A stretch of DNA of 40,094 bases from Octopus bimaculoides (taxonomy: Eukaryota). The position numbers and the translations under genes are program-made. Positions 25,068 through 37,883 of the stretch are shown piece after piece. Each line of letters begins with the position of its first letter. Positions within the stretch are counted from its first letter, which is position 1. Where the stretch lies: positions 80,932,397-80,972,490 of the forward strand of contig NC_068986.1 of the NCBI RefSeq assembly GCF_001194135.2, read 5' to 3'. Below the pieces are notes generated by a model. The model was not told where the DNA came from and made no database searches. It was given only the letters and a program-made list of their open reading frames with translations.

Positions 25068-25240
25068 TATTTCTTTATTGCCCATTAGGGGACAAACAAG
25101 GACAGTTAAGTCGATTAAATCGACTCCAGTTCGTAACTGGTACTTATTTAATCGACCCCGAAAAGATGAAAGGCTAAGTCGACCTCAGAACGTAACATTT
25201 CGTCCGGCGTGCTAACGTCTCTGCCAGTTCGCCGCCGTGG
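25068..25240 (-). mobile_element. SINE family B (tail variant 1, internal deletions) with 14-bp TSD
   Basis: TSD agcgtgtaaatatt at 25054-25067 and 25241-25254. Confidence 0.92.
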
Positions 25241-25342
25241 AGCGTGTAAATATTGGCTAAAAAAGAAAGAAACATAATTTCCACGCTATTACTTATAGCT
25301 TTGTCAGCTTCGAATTAAATCATCCCAAAAATAAAAGAATTA

Positions 25343-25391
<49 letters not shown>

Positions 25392-25588
25392 ACTAGTGAT
25401 TAATAAGTCTGTATAGAAAGAAGTTGTTCTTTCTAAGGGATATATTATCCAAGCGTACACCAGTTTTAGACTAATATCGATTAACGGTTCTGGAAAATTT
25501 TCACGTATGTATGCACTAATGTTTATCGCTGGTTCTTCTTAAATGTTACTACTTTAATTCTCTGAAATTCCAGTTGTCGCTATATATA

Positions 25589-25648
<60 letters not shown>

Positions 25649-26514
25649 CACACACCTACACACGTACTGGGTCACACACACCTGTGCCGCTGCGGTAGCT
25701 TCGCAACTAAAAATAAAATTACATATACCTACTTATATATTATATCGATGTATATATCATCATATATGATAAAAATGTATATATATATATACATACATAT
25801 ATATATATATGTCTATAGTTTACACAAACGTGACATATATGAATTATATTCACTTATACATGAATATATGTGCATATACACACATACATATATGTACATG
25901 CACATATATATTTATACATACATACATGCAGGAATACATGCATACGTACGTAAATACATACATACATACACACTCTTTTACTGGTTTCAATCGTTGAATA
26001 GCGGTTGGATACCTGTACTTATTTCCTCGAGTTCTCATTTTCTTTAGAGACCGTTTAGAAGATTTAAAAAATGTTTATTCCAAAGCAGAATGCACTTATT
26101 TCACAATAACGAAGACATTAATTTCTGCCTCAAAATGTGGTGATAACACACATGCGCGTTTTGCCAAGTGAGGGAATGAATGGAAGGATCTAATTGAGAA
26201 GGAAGGGAAATGTTTCTAGCTATCCTTATTTTGCTGAAGCAATCTGAAACAGAATGGCCCCAGATATGTGACAAAGGAAATTATTTTTATATCTCGATCC
26301 CTCATTGAACAAAAAGAAGGTATAAAACTAATCTCTGCATTTTGAAAGATACAGTGGGTTTTTCATGTTCCTGAAAGAATAATTGTAATGCAGCTCTAAT
26401 CAATGTGAGGAATAATATATCCCTCATCAAGTGAAGACACAATCGAAACATAGGCATAATATTCAAAATAGAAAACTAGGCGAAAAATCCGACTTATCTG
26501 GTGCGTTACACTTC

Positions 26515-26574
<60 letters not shown>

Positions 26575-26614
26575 TGTGTACGTACGCACGTACGCATGTG
26601 TGAATTTACCAAAA

Positions 26615-26715
26615 GGATAAGAAATAGGGCTAACAATTTAAAGGCCGTGAGTTCAAATCAGGTGCAGTTATTCGGTTGTATTTCTGGACACAACACTTTA
26701 TTCTACATTCCCGCT
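26615..26715 (+). mobile_element. Old SINE family C-like head
   Basis: B-box gtgagttcaaatc followed by gttgtatttctggacacaacactttattctacatt, similar to the family C core. Confidence 0.45.
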
Positions 26716-26843
26716 CTTCGTTTGACTTTATTTACCAGAACATATGAAGTTGTTGGCGAATGCTGCAAGAAAGAATCTAAAAATCCAGTTTTCATTGATA
26801 TATAATGTGGACGGATAATAGACATCTTAATCGTAACTTTTTA

Positions 26844-27030
26844 GACATTGACATAAGGCCATCAATTCTAGGGAGGGATAAGTCAATTACACCGACCCCA
26901 GTACTCAACTGGTACTTATTTTATTGACATCGAAAGGATGAAAGGCAAAGTCAACCTCAGAACGTAAAGACGGACGAAATGCCGCTAAGCATTTTGCCCG
27001 GCGTGCTAGCGACCTTACCAACTTGACGCC
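26844..27030 (-). mobile_element. SINE family B (tail variant 2) with near-perfect TSD
   Basis: atcgtaacttttta (26830-26843) versus atcgtaccttttta (27031-27044), one mismatch. Confidence 0.9.
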
Positions 27031-28885
27031 ATCGTACCTTTTTACGTATTACTAACATATTTCATACTTTTTATCCATTTTTTCTTGTTGTAGGTCAGTC
27101 ATTAAGTAGCATAACTACGAGCAAAGAAATGGTATTCTATCAGTGGCAATCCTAAATGTTATACACATATTACTGAATTTAAAACTAAATTATCTACTGT
27201 AACCTTCCACATATAGTACAATAAAATGTGATTTGAGCGAGTTTAGCTGTTATTTTAAACAGGTCAGGCAACAACAGAGCTTCCCTCGTCAGCTCAGTGT
27301 CTGCTAGCGATGAAGAGAAATTTAATATCTGGGATTTTATATTTAAACCCTGCTAGCTTATATTTGATAGGAGTACATGTGTTCTGTTTGATGAATTTAT
27401 CGATAACATGTTCGTCAGTTCAATAGGCAGGATACAAACGCTTTATATGATATGTTTCCTTTTTAGAGAATGTTGCGGCCAATTTTTGTGGGGAAATTTG
27501 TTTCAGTACTTCCAGCTTATAGACTCATACCTATATTGTATATTATGTTCTATTAAGTTATTGATGTTTGTATATATTCATACTTATATATGTGCGCCTT
27601 ATTTATGTATATAGATATGTATACTTAGTTCACAGACGTATGTATATATATATATATATNNNNNNNNNNNNNNNNNNNNNNNNNNNNNNNNNNNNNNNNN
27701 NNNNNNNNNNNNNNNNNNNNNNNNNNNNNNNNNNNNNNNNNNNNNNNNNNNNNNNNNNNNNNNNNNNNNNNNNNNNNNNNNNNNNNNNNNNNNNNNNNNN
27801 NNNNNNNNNNNNNNNNNNNNNNNNNNNNNNNNNNNNNNNNNNNNNNNNNNNNNNNNNNNNNNNNNNNNNNNNNNNNNNNNNNNNNNNNNNNNNNNNNNNN
27901 NNNNNNNNNNNNNNNNNNNNNNNNNNNNNNNNNNNNNNNNNNNNNNNNNNNNNNNNNNNNNNNNNNNNNNNNNNNNNNNNNNNNNNNNNNNNNNNNNNNN
28001 NNNNNNNNNTATATACTAGTTCCAAGACACGAATGCCCTAGGATGTCTCATCAATCATGTTCCTGGTGTCTTAGAGACTTTCGGGTCTTTCAGTATTAGG
28101 CCCCACGTCCAGCCTACTCTGCTGGGGGTTGTTGAGGTCCAAACTAGCAATAAACCCCGGAACAGTACATTTTTCTTCTCTCGAGCGTTTTACTGAAGAC
28201 ACGACTATGTTTGAATTTCATTTTGTTTGCTTTTTCCAATTGAAATATTTTATTATTTTCTGAATCGTTGAAAGTTTGAGACTTCAGTCTGAAATAATTG
28301 CGTTGCTAAGTTCTGTAGTATCATAGTATTTTTGCATTTTGCATTACGAAGCGAAGTATTATGAAAATAATGTTATAAAATGTAAAATCATCATAATCGG
28401 ATTTATTAACCTTCATAGTTTATTTCATGTGTACCGTGTCTGTGAATTTTTTCTTTTTATTTTGCTTTTTCTTTAGCTTTTATTTTGCTATTTATAATGC
28501 TTCCATGGTTAATTTTCTCGATTTTGCACAATTGCGTCTATAGAGGATGGAGCTTAAGTTTTTTTTTGTTTTTTTTTTTTCGTTTACTTCTCTGTACTGT
28601 ATTAATCTGCGCTGTAATAGCTCTTTGCTGTAAAATGCATGTTCAACTGCCGAGGAAATAGCGTCCTTTTGTGCCAAATGTAGAATTTTAGTCATGGAAT
28701 TTTCACATATCGTTTACTGAATTTGTTAATTTACTAACGTTTACAATTTTCATCTTTAATCAAAAGAACAGAAGAGTGTAAAGTATATTTTAAAAGTATG
28801 ATTGCATAAAAGTTTGCTTTTATGTACATACAAAAGATACAGACACACACAAACACACAAACACACTCGTCAGTGTAATTGTGTA

Positions 28886-28935
<50 letters not shown>

Positions 28936-28941
28936 TTAATC

Positions 28942-29025
28942 AAAAATGCATTGTAAATAAACAACGACAGATAATAAAAAACGTATATGCATACTGAGTT
29001 ATTTGTTTATTTACAACGCATTTTT
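28942..29025. repeat. 23-bp inverted repeat with 38-nt spacer
   Basis: aaaaatgcattgtaaataaacaa (28942-28964) versus ttgtttatttacaacgcattttt (29003-29025), one mismatch. Confidence 0.85.
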
Positions 29026-30375
29026 TCATTTAAGTAACGGTACGCAAAGCAACCCCGACTTCCCCACACATATACATATATTCTTTTATTCTTTTATTTT
29101 TTTCAATACGTTTCAGCACCGCCAGTAAAAATGTGCCTCAGGTGAGGATNNNNNNNNNNNNNNNNNNNNNNNNNNNNNNNNNNNNNNNNNNNNNNNNNNN
29201 NNNNNNNNNNNNNNNNNNNNNNNNNNNNNNNNNNNNNNNNNNNNNNNNNNNNNNNNNNNNNNNNNNNNNNNNNNNNNNNNNNNNNNNNNNNNNNNNNNNN
29301 NNNNNNNNNNNNNNNNNNNNNNNNNNNNNNNNNNNNNNNNNNNNNNNNNNNNNNNNNNNNNNNNNNNNNNNNNNNNNNNNNNNNNNNNNNNNNNNNNNNN
29401 NNNNNNNNNNNNNNNNNNNNNNNNNNNNNNNNNNNNNNNNNNNNNNNNNNNNNNNNNNNNNNNNNNNNNNNNNNNNNNNNNNNNNNNNNNNNNNNNNNNN
29501 NNNNNNNNNNNNNNNNNNNNNNNNNNNNNNNNNNNNNNNNNNNNNNNNNNNNNNNNNNNNNNNNNNNNNNNNNNNNNNNNNNNNNNNNNNNNNNNNNNNN
29601 NNNNNNATATCAACATACATATATATATGAATTCATACATACATCCATACAATTATTTGTACGTGTATATAAATTTATATTTAGCTGTGTTTTTTTTTAA
29701 TATCTATTTATTTATTTACTTCCTTGTTCATAGTTATTTACGTTGTTGAATTTCGTGTCGGTTTTCGTTAGAAACTTCTTTAAATTTGTACAAACTAAAC
29801 GTAATATTTTCAATATGGATTGATTTCTTTGTTGTGAACGTAAGCCATCATAACTAGACCATTGTATAATCTCTTAATGAAAATGTTTATTCTAACGTTT
29901 ATAATAACATTGATTCTTGGTGTAAGCTAATGGCTATTTTAACAAAATAATTTTCACTCAATACCTCTTTTAGAAAACTTTTCTTTGGTTATTTGAAAAA
30001 TATATTTTACTTACTTTTTTCTTTTTGTCTGATATTTTTTTAATGATAATCTAATTCATCATTAATACTTTTCTGATCTTCTAAAAACAAACCAAGATTT
30101 ATTCTTCACTATTTTTCTTTATACCGCATGTTGTGATGTACGAATCCTGTATTTTTTAATCATTTATCTAGGAATTCACCCGTTATGGCAAATCAAGTAA
30201 ATTTGTAATTATAGAATGTATATATATCTGTATGTATGAATGTATGGCGTCAAGATCAGTCCAACAGTGCATCACCGTAAGCTTACATGCAAATACATAC
30301 ATACATACATACATACATACACAGATACATACATACATACATACATACATACATACATACATACATACATACATA

Positions 30376-30845
30376 GCTAGGACACTCTATAATGAAATCC
30401 GTCGGAAGGATAATCCCGAGGACAAAGACATAAGAACCCACAATATGGTAGAAGCCATAGCCATACATAATAAAAAAGGAATACTGGTGGAATGTACCAG
30501 TGAAGACTTCAATAAAATGTAAGCACAACAGACCTGATATTATGATTTGGGATAGAGAAAAGAAACTGTGTACAGTTGTGGAAATTTGCTGCCCAGCGGA
30601 TGTTAACATAAAAGCTGAAGATCAGTGAAAAACAGAACACCTATGCTAAACTATTCAGAAATCTGCAGTTACTCTATCCAGATTACAAGTACACCTGTAA
30701 TTATTGGGGTCCTGGGATATGTAACACACTGCCTAAATACCAATCTTGAGAAATTAGGCTTCTCAAAACCAAAAACGAGAAAGTTAATTCGAAGACTATA
30801 GATCATCACTGGAACTGTAAAACTTTCCAGAAGTTTATCGTTTAA
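30376..30845 (+). mobile_element. R4/Dong-like LINE RLE domain fragment with catalytic motif retained
   Basis: ARTLYNEIRRKD, then after a frameshift EYWWNVPVKTSIKCKHNRPDIMIWDREKKLCTVVEICCPADVNIKLKISEKQNTYAKLFRNLQLLYPDYK (PD...E...K restriction-like endonuclease motif). Confidence 0.92.
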
Positions 30846-30932
30846 ATATATATGCGCATGCCTAGATATGCAACAATATGCATGAGAATACATACATAAA
30901 ACATACAAATCTGCACATACATACATAAATAC

Positions 30933-30963
<31 letters not shown>

Positions 30964-32504
30964 CATACATACATACATGCATGCATACATACATACGAAA
31001 ATATCCTGTTGTTGATATTGAAATTCCAANNNNNNNNNNNNNNNNNNNNNNNNNNNNNNNNNNNNNNNNNNNNNNNNNNNNNNNNNNNNNNNNNNNNNNN
31101 NNNNNNNNNNNNNNNNNNNNNNNNNNNNNNNNNNNNNNNNNNNNNNNNNNNNNNNNNNNNNNNNNNNNNNNNNNNNNNNNNNNNNNNNNNNNNNNNNNNN
31201 NNNNNNNNNNNNNNNNNNNNNNNNNNNNNNNNNNNNNNNNNNNNNNNNNNNNNNNNNNNNNNNNNNNNNNNNNNNNNNNNNNNNNNNNNNNNNNNNNNNN
31301 NNNNNNNNNNNNNNNNNNNNNNNNNNNNNNNNNNNNNNNNNNNNNNNNNNNNNNNNNNNNNNNNNNNNNNNNNNNNNNNNNNNNNNNNNNNNNNNNNNNN
31401 NNNNNNNNNNNNNNNNNNNNNNNNNNNNNNNNNNNNNNNNNNNNNNNNNNNNNNNNNNNNNNNNNNNNNNNNNNNNNNNNNNNNNNNNNNNNNNNNNNNN
31501 NNNNNNNNNNNNNNNNNNNNNNNNNNNNNNNNNNNNNNNNNNNNNNNNNNNNNNNNNNNNNNNNNNNNNNNNNNNNNNNNNNNNNNNNNNNNNNNNNNNN
31601 NNNNNNNNNNNNNNNNNNNNNNNNNNNNNNNNNNNNNNNNNNNNNNNNNNNNNNNNNNNNNNNNNNNNNNNNNNNNNNNNNNNNNNNNNNNNNNNNNNNN
31701 NNNNNNNNNNNNNNNNNNNNNNNNNNNNNNTAGTAGTATGCTGTTGTACATGCCTGATGATGTGCCACTCCGCATATTCAACCATGTACAAAATTATGCA
31801 TAGATTATATATTCTGTCACGCGTAATATACCGTATACATGTGCGTGTATACATGTATAGATGTATGTAAATATGACATGTATATATACATATATATGTA
31901 TATCTTCATACATATGTTTGGATACATGTGTGTGTGTGTGTCTGTGTGTCTGTGTGTCTGTGTGTGTGTGTGTGTGTATGCGGATATGTTTGAAGATATA
32001 AATTCAGATTATATACTACATATATAATAATGATAACAACAACAACAACAACAATAATAATAATAATATATGTATGTATGTATATATATATAATTATAAT
32101 TGTCTAAGTAACCAGAAGATGAATTTGGTATTAGTATAAATTAAGGACTAATAACAAATCCATCTTCTAGTTACTTAATCAGTTTTTATTATCTTAACTA
32201 ACACTGCGGAATTTCTGAAGTAGATCCAACAGAAATATACCCCAACTGCGGATGACACCAGGTTGCCCAAACTGTACCAATACTTTACTCAACATATTAA
32301 CACACTAACTGACATATACCCTGCCCAGCTGTTAAACAGGCTGTCAGACAAAACTTGGATCTTCAGTAGAAACTAAGCCCAGAAAAAATTTAAAACCTAC
32401 TTTTAGCATTGTCCACCTTCATAATTAAAAGTTATGTTGCCATTCTTAAAATTGATCCGAAATAATATCTTTGAATAAACATTTACAGACACACACACAC
32501 ACGA

Positions 32505-32645
32505 ACGGCTGTTTGATAAGAATTTTGCTTCCCAACCACATGGTTCCAGGTTTAGGCCTACTGCGTGACCTTCTACTATAGCTTCGGGCCGATCAAGACC
32601 TTGTGACTGGCTTTGCTAGACGGAAAACTGAAAGAGGCCCATCGC
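32505..32645 (+). mobile_element. SINE family A head and core, diverged
   Basis: ggctgtttgataagaattttgcttcccaaccacatggttccaggttt...ctactatagcttcgggccgatcaagaccttgtg...agacggaaaactgaaagaggccc. Confidence 0.85.
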
Positions 32646-32959
32646 ATATGTATATATATACNNNNNNNNNNNNNNNNNNNNNNNNNNNNNNNNNNNNNNN
32701 NNNNNNNNNNNNNNNNNNNNNNNNNNNNNNNNNNNNNNNNNNNNNNNNNNNNNNNNNNNNNNNNNNNNNNNNNCGCTTATTGTTCGTGAATCTTTTATAC
32801 CTTGTAGCTTTGTTGTTCTAAGTTGCCCTTCATTTTCGCCGTGTCGATCTCGTTGAAGGGTTTTCGTCTTCTTGGTTTATGGTGGTCTTACTGACTGTCC
32901 TTCATTGAGAATTTGGGCAACAGTAACACTTAATCAAGAATTTCTAGTTTTATATATAT

Positions 32960-33364
32960 ACTCTTACTCTTTTACTATTTTACTTGTTTCAGTCATTTGA
33001 CTGTGGCCATGCTGGAGCACCGCCTTTAGTCGAGCAAATCGACCCCAGGACTTATTCTTTGTAAGCCTAGTACTTATTCTATCGGTCTCTTTTGCCGAAC
33101 CGCTAGGTTGCGGGGACGTAAGCACACCAGCATCAGTTGTCAGGCGATGTTGGGGGACAAACACAGATACACAAACACATACATACACACATATAAATAT
33201 ACATATATACGACAGGCTACTTTCAGTTTCCGTCTACCAAATCCACTCACAAGGCTTTGGTCGGCCCGAGGCGAAAGTAGAAAACACTTGCCCAAGGTGC
33301 CACGCAGTGGGACTGAACCCGAAATTATGTGGTTTGTAAGCAAGCTACTTACTACACAGCCACT

Positions 33365-33367
<3 letters not shown>
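32960..33367 (-). mobile_element. SINE family A, full-length copy between (TA)n tracts
   Basis: Reverse complement: head aggagtggctgtgtagtaag, B-box ggttcagtccc, CORE-like ccttgggcaagtg, internal (TA/TG)n, body, tail gactgaaacaagtaaaa. The tRNA head plus CORE box resembles the octopus OR-type CORE-SINEs (recall). Confidence 0.95.
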
Positions 33368-33410
<43 letters not shown>

Positions 33411-33464
33411 ACATACATATATAATAGATAGATAGATAGGTAGATAGATAGATAGATAAATGTG

Positions 33465-34200
33465 CGTTACCAGCGTTGTCCCTTCTGAACTAATAATTGG
33501 GGTATTAGCTCTCACTATGAAGGATGTGCTTTTGTAACACATGAGTGGAATATAGCAATATAACACCTGATGCACAAAAAGAATGAAGGCAGAACACGTA
33601 GATGCTACCACGATGCAGGTTTTCTGGAATTGGTATTGAGGATGTCACCTTGTAATATAAGTAACGTCCTGAAAATGACAGCGCGACTCGATGTCGTAAC
33701 TAGATCTCTTTATAATGAAATCCGTAACAAGAATAATTTTGATGAAATAATATAAGAAGCTATAATGATACTGAGGGCATAATCACAGATATTTTGAAAT
33801 AATATTGGTAGAATGTTTCTAACAAGACTTAAATAAAATGCAAGCACGAAAGACCATACATAATGAACAACGTAAACACACACAAATACAGATAAACATA
33901 CATTCATATATACCTAATCCATTGACCAACAGCTATCAATACAATGTTAAAGATGTCTACTAAAGAAAACTTCTATGCCGAAGTTATGAGAAATCTGCCA
34001 TTCCTCCAGTCAGACAATAGTTTTAGATTTCTACAAAAATTATTGGAATACTTAGACACTAAACTAACTCCTTCAGAACCAATGTTGAGAACTAGACTTC
34101 ATAAAAACTAGACTCATAAAAACAGAATGATTTATCAAGGAATACAACTACATTCGATCGAAAGCACAATCAAGTTAAGGGAAACATTTATGAATTTTAG
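33465..34200 (+). mobile_element. R4/Dong-like LINE, heavily decayed 3' fragment
   Basis: ISSHYEGCAFVTHE; RCRFSGIGIEDVT (zinc-knuckle remnant); DVVTRSLYNEIRNK; TKENFYAEVMRNL; IQLHSIESTIKLRETFMNF. Colinear with the fragments at 20600 and 30376. Confidence 0.8.
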
Positions 34201-34873
34201 CATTTACTTAGGAATATACACACGTATAAACATGCAAGCATATGATTGTCGGCACAGTTCTAAATCAAAATATACAAGCCCGTGTATGCATGCGCATGTA
34301 AATGAATATCAAAGCATATACGTATACATAGCTTTGTTTCTTTGTCAACTCCTTCCTTTTAGTAAGACAAATAATTTAAAAAAAACATACACATAAAAAA
34401 CATACATATACAAACACACATATGTATGTGTATGCACACAGACACACATACTGACACACATACATACACGCGCACACACGCACATATATAATATATATGC
34501 TATATATATATATACATACAGACATACATACCCACTTACACATACACACATTACATGTATACATAGCGTCAGGTACTTCTGAGTGCTGCAGGTAACGTCA
34601 TTCAGTACAATTTGTTGCATGGTCGGGTGGTCAGCGACTGAACCGGCGCAGCCCACCAGGTTAGTTAACTAGTTTAGTAGTGAGGGCTCCTAGAATCCCA
34701 GCAGGGCATAGACAAGATCTTTGAAAAGATAGAATGAACTCAGCACAGAATCATTGACTAGGGTAGCATGAATGGTACACCAGAATATTGGAACTAGAGA
34801 CAGTTATTGAACATGCTGGAAGATCGCCTAAGAATGATGGAAACCTAGTTCTTGTCAGAACATTTGTCTTAGA

Positions 34874-35146
34874 CAGTGGTTCCCAACCGGGGACGTTATG
34901 ACCCTTAGAGATCCTTATGATCCTTGGGATCCATATAAAATTTTGTTACTAAAGTTTATGTCCAATAAATTAATTTTATTTATACGATGCACAAAATTTA
35001 GCAATTTTTTAAATACAATTCCTAATAATATTTAATTATAAAAAATATAAAGGAATTTCTTAACCATGTATCCTAGTAAAATAGGGATTAAAGGCAGAAA
35101 ATGGATAAGAAAATGTTTGAGAACAGAGAATAGTTGAGAACTACTG
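34874..35146. mobile_element. hAT (Buster/Charlie-type) MITE
   Basis: TIRs cagtggttcccaac / gttgagaactactg; 8-bp TSD gtcttaga (34866-34873) versus gtctaaga (35147-35154). Confidence 0.88.
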
Positions 35147-35259
35147 GTCTAAGATAAAGTTAAGTGGAAACCTATAATATCTGAAAGTGCATGCAGTTCT
35201 ACACATGCTTCTTTCAATTCTTATCTATTCTGTGCTTAAGAAGTTTTGGAGATAACAAA

Positions 35260-35480
35260 TAAACATCGGAGTTTTTGATAGTATCTGTTGCCGTTACGAC
35301 GTTCGGCAACACTGAGAAATACTGCATCTTCTGTAGCTTGCTCCCTCGAAGGGACACAGTAGATATAGCACAGGCGGGAGGAGCAGTCGCGATCGTCAAG
35401 TTGCTTGCGCGCCAAAATCCCTTCCCCCCGTGGCTGCTGAGATTTAGGAAGTATCTTAAGAAATGGTTGCCATGGAACAC
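35260..35480. promoter_or_regulatory. Candidate CpG-rich regulatory segment
   Basis: Locally dense CpGs in non-repetitive-looking sequence; E2F-like gcgcgccaaaa (35407-35417) and ggcgggag (35373-35380); RFX-like gttgccatggaac (35466-35478). Motif presence only. Confidence 0.3.
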
Positions 35481-35594
35481 GAATTGACTTTAACGATAAC
35501 CACAATTACAAGAGAAAGAGAACCATAAATACATACATATTGACATAGAGACGTACATACATTAATACACACACACATACACATGTATGTATGT

Positions 35595-35934
35595 ATTTCT
35601 TTTATTCTTTTACTTGTTTCAGTCATTTGACTGCGGCCATGCTGGAGCACTGCCTTTAGTCGAATCAAATCGACCCCAGGACTTATTCTTTGTAAGCCTA
35701 GTACTTATTCTATCGGTGTCTTTTTGCCGAACCGCTAAGTTACGGGGACCTAAACACACCAGCATCGGTTGTCAAGCGATGTTGGGGGGACAAACACAGA
35801 TACACAACATATATACACATACATATATATATACATATATACGACGGGCTTCTTTCAGTTTCCGTCTACCAAATCCACTCACAAGGCTTTGGTCGGCCCG
35901 AGGCTATAGTAGAAGACACTTGCCCAAGGTACCA
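35595..35934 (-). mobile_element. SINE family A, young copy (head lost in or near the 20-N gap)
   Basis: Close match to 32960-33300. Confidence 0.93.
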
Positions 35935-35954
35935 NNNNNNNNNNNNNNNNNNNN

Positions 35955-36000
<46 letters not shown>

Positions 36001-36101
36001 TTACTTGCCTATATATATATATATATGTGTGTGAAAGTGTATGTGTGAATGAGTTTATTGTATACAGAGTTCAGGTGTACCTCATATATATGCATATATG
36101 C

Positions 36102-36134
<33 letters not shown>

Positions 36135-36220
36135 TATATACATACACACAGAAACATACACATATATGATATAATATAATGCATACATATGATATGTAAT
36201 ATAATATAAAATAATGTACG

Positions 36221-36376
36221 AAGTGGCTGTGTGGTAAGTAGTTTGCTTACGAACCACATGGTTCCGGGTTCAGTCTCACTGCATGGCACCTTGGGCAAGT
36301 ATCTTTTACTATAGCCTCGGGCCGACCAAAGCCTTGTGAGTGGATTTGGTAGACGGAAACTGAAAGAAGCCCGACA
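36221..36376 (+). mobile_element. SINE family A head and core
   Basis: gaagtggctgtgtggtaagtagtttgc...ggttcagtctcactgcatggcaccttgggcaag...gacggaaactgaaagaagcccg, then (TA)n and a gap. Confidence 0.93.
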
Positions 36377-36768
36377 TATATATATATATATATATATATA
36401 NNNNNNNNNNNNNNNNNNNNNNNNNNNNNNNNNNNNNNNNNNNNNNNNNNNNNNNNNNNNNNNNNNNNNNNNNNNNNNNNNNNNNNNNNNNNNNNNNNNN
36501 NNNNNNNNNNNNNNNNNNNNNNNNNNNNNNNNNNNNNNNNNNNNNNNNNNNNNNNNNNNNNNNNNNNNNNNNNNNNNNNNNNNNNNNNNNNNNNNNNNNN
36601 NNNNNNNNNNNNNNNNNNNNNNNNNNNNNNNNNNNNNNNNNNNNNNNNNNNNNNNNNNNNNNNNNNNNNNNNNNNNNNNNNNNNNNNNNNNNNNNNNNNN
36701 NNNNNNNNNNNNNNNNNNNNNNNNNNNNNNNNNNNNNNNNNNNNNNNNNNNNNNNNNNNNNNNNNNNN

Positions 36769-36799
<31 letters not shown>

Positions 36800-36991
36800 G
36801 TATAGACGTTGAAATAATGTTATCATTTTAAAACACATTCTTGAAACAAATGAGCATTTATTCTTGGTCTGAATCTATACTGAAAGTAGTCACATTTGCG
36901 ACAAAAATCAAGTTATTTGGGCCATCACAATACATAATCTTTTACATATATAGTATAAAGTTTTAACACACACACTCTCGCATACAACTTT

Positions 36992-37200
36992 ATCATCATC
37001 ATTATTATATTAAGTCCATTTCCATGCTAGCATGGGTTAGACGCCTAGCAGTGAATTAAGTCTGTTATTTGAGCAAATGCCATCGTAGACAGGTGGGTGG
37101 AAGCCCGGTCTTGCTCAGACGCAGCATTTTTAGATGGTGTCTTCAACTAGACGCCCTTCCTATAAACAGTGCCACCAGTACAAGAGAACTTGTGATGTCT
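36992..37200 (-). mobile_element. RTE-related retroelement 3' end (LINE end or SINE with RTE tail)
   Basis: Reverse complement ends aacccatgctagcatggaaaatggactta...gatgatgat, resembling RTE-type 3' termini as I recall them. Confidence 0.5.
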
Positions 37201-37341
37201 ATGATAAGACTACAGCAGTCATACATACATATTTACATACAACTATATGTATATACATATATACATTCATGTATATGTAAGCACGAACACACATATCCAC
37301 AAATAGACACATACATACAAGCATACACATGCACACACACA

Positions 37342-37373
<32 letters not shown>

Positions 37374-37822
37374 AGTACATATACATATAAAGCAAAGTAA
37401 TTTCAAATTGGATGTGTACTCCAGCATACACAAAATGAGATGACAGCAGTTGGAATGGTTCTGATCATGGTTTTGTTAGATCAAAGTCAGCCTGGGGTTA
37501 AACATACCGGATACTATCACTAACATCCCTACCGCTTCCCCCAACGCACGTACACACTCATATAAGATATACACGCACACACACTTTACATACGCATCTG
37601 TCATGTCATACATTTCCCGCCATGCATTGACTTAAAAACACACACACCCACTTATACACACATAACTTGGTTCATACACCTACGAACGCACACATAGACA
37701 ACATTATTACGTATACACATATACACACCTCATTACATACACACATATATGAATGATCATATACAAACTGTATGCGCTTCCACCTTATTATATATATGTA
37801 AACATTATATATATACACGTAG

Positions 37823-37883
<61 letters not shown>

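Noticed and set aside
25300-27030. CRISPR-like or other regularly spaced arrays
   Set aside because: No constant repeat with unique spacers; recurrent motifs are dispersed SINE copies in eukaryotic DNA.
28011-28065. Third hammerhead-like motif on the minus strand (ttgatga-gacat...gtgtc-ttg-gaactagta)
   Set aside because: Both core boxes are defective, three extra bases follow stem II, and stem I runs into a TA tract and gap.
29780-29930. Possible hAT dimerisation-domain remnant on the minus strand (E*TFS; RLYNGLVMMAYVH)
   Set aside because: Needs several frameshifts in very AT-rich DNA; cannot be supported without an HMM search.
32960-33367. tRNA genes at SINE heads
   Set aside because: A- and B-box-like sequences continue into SINE core and tail, with no cloverleaf; they are tRNA-derived SINEs.
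34625-34675. Helitron-like 3' end (ggtgg...ccacc, 11 nt, then ctag|t)
   Set aside because: The hairpin has only 5 bp with a long loop, and no matching 5' TC end or second copy is visible.
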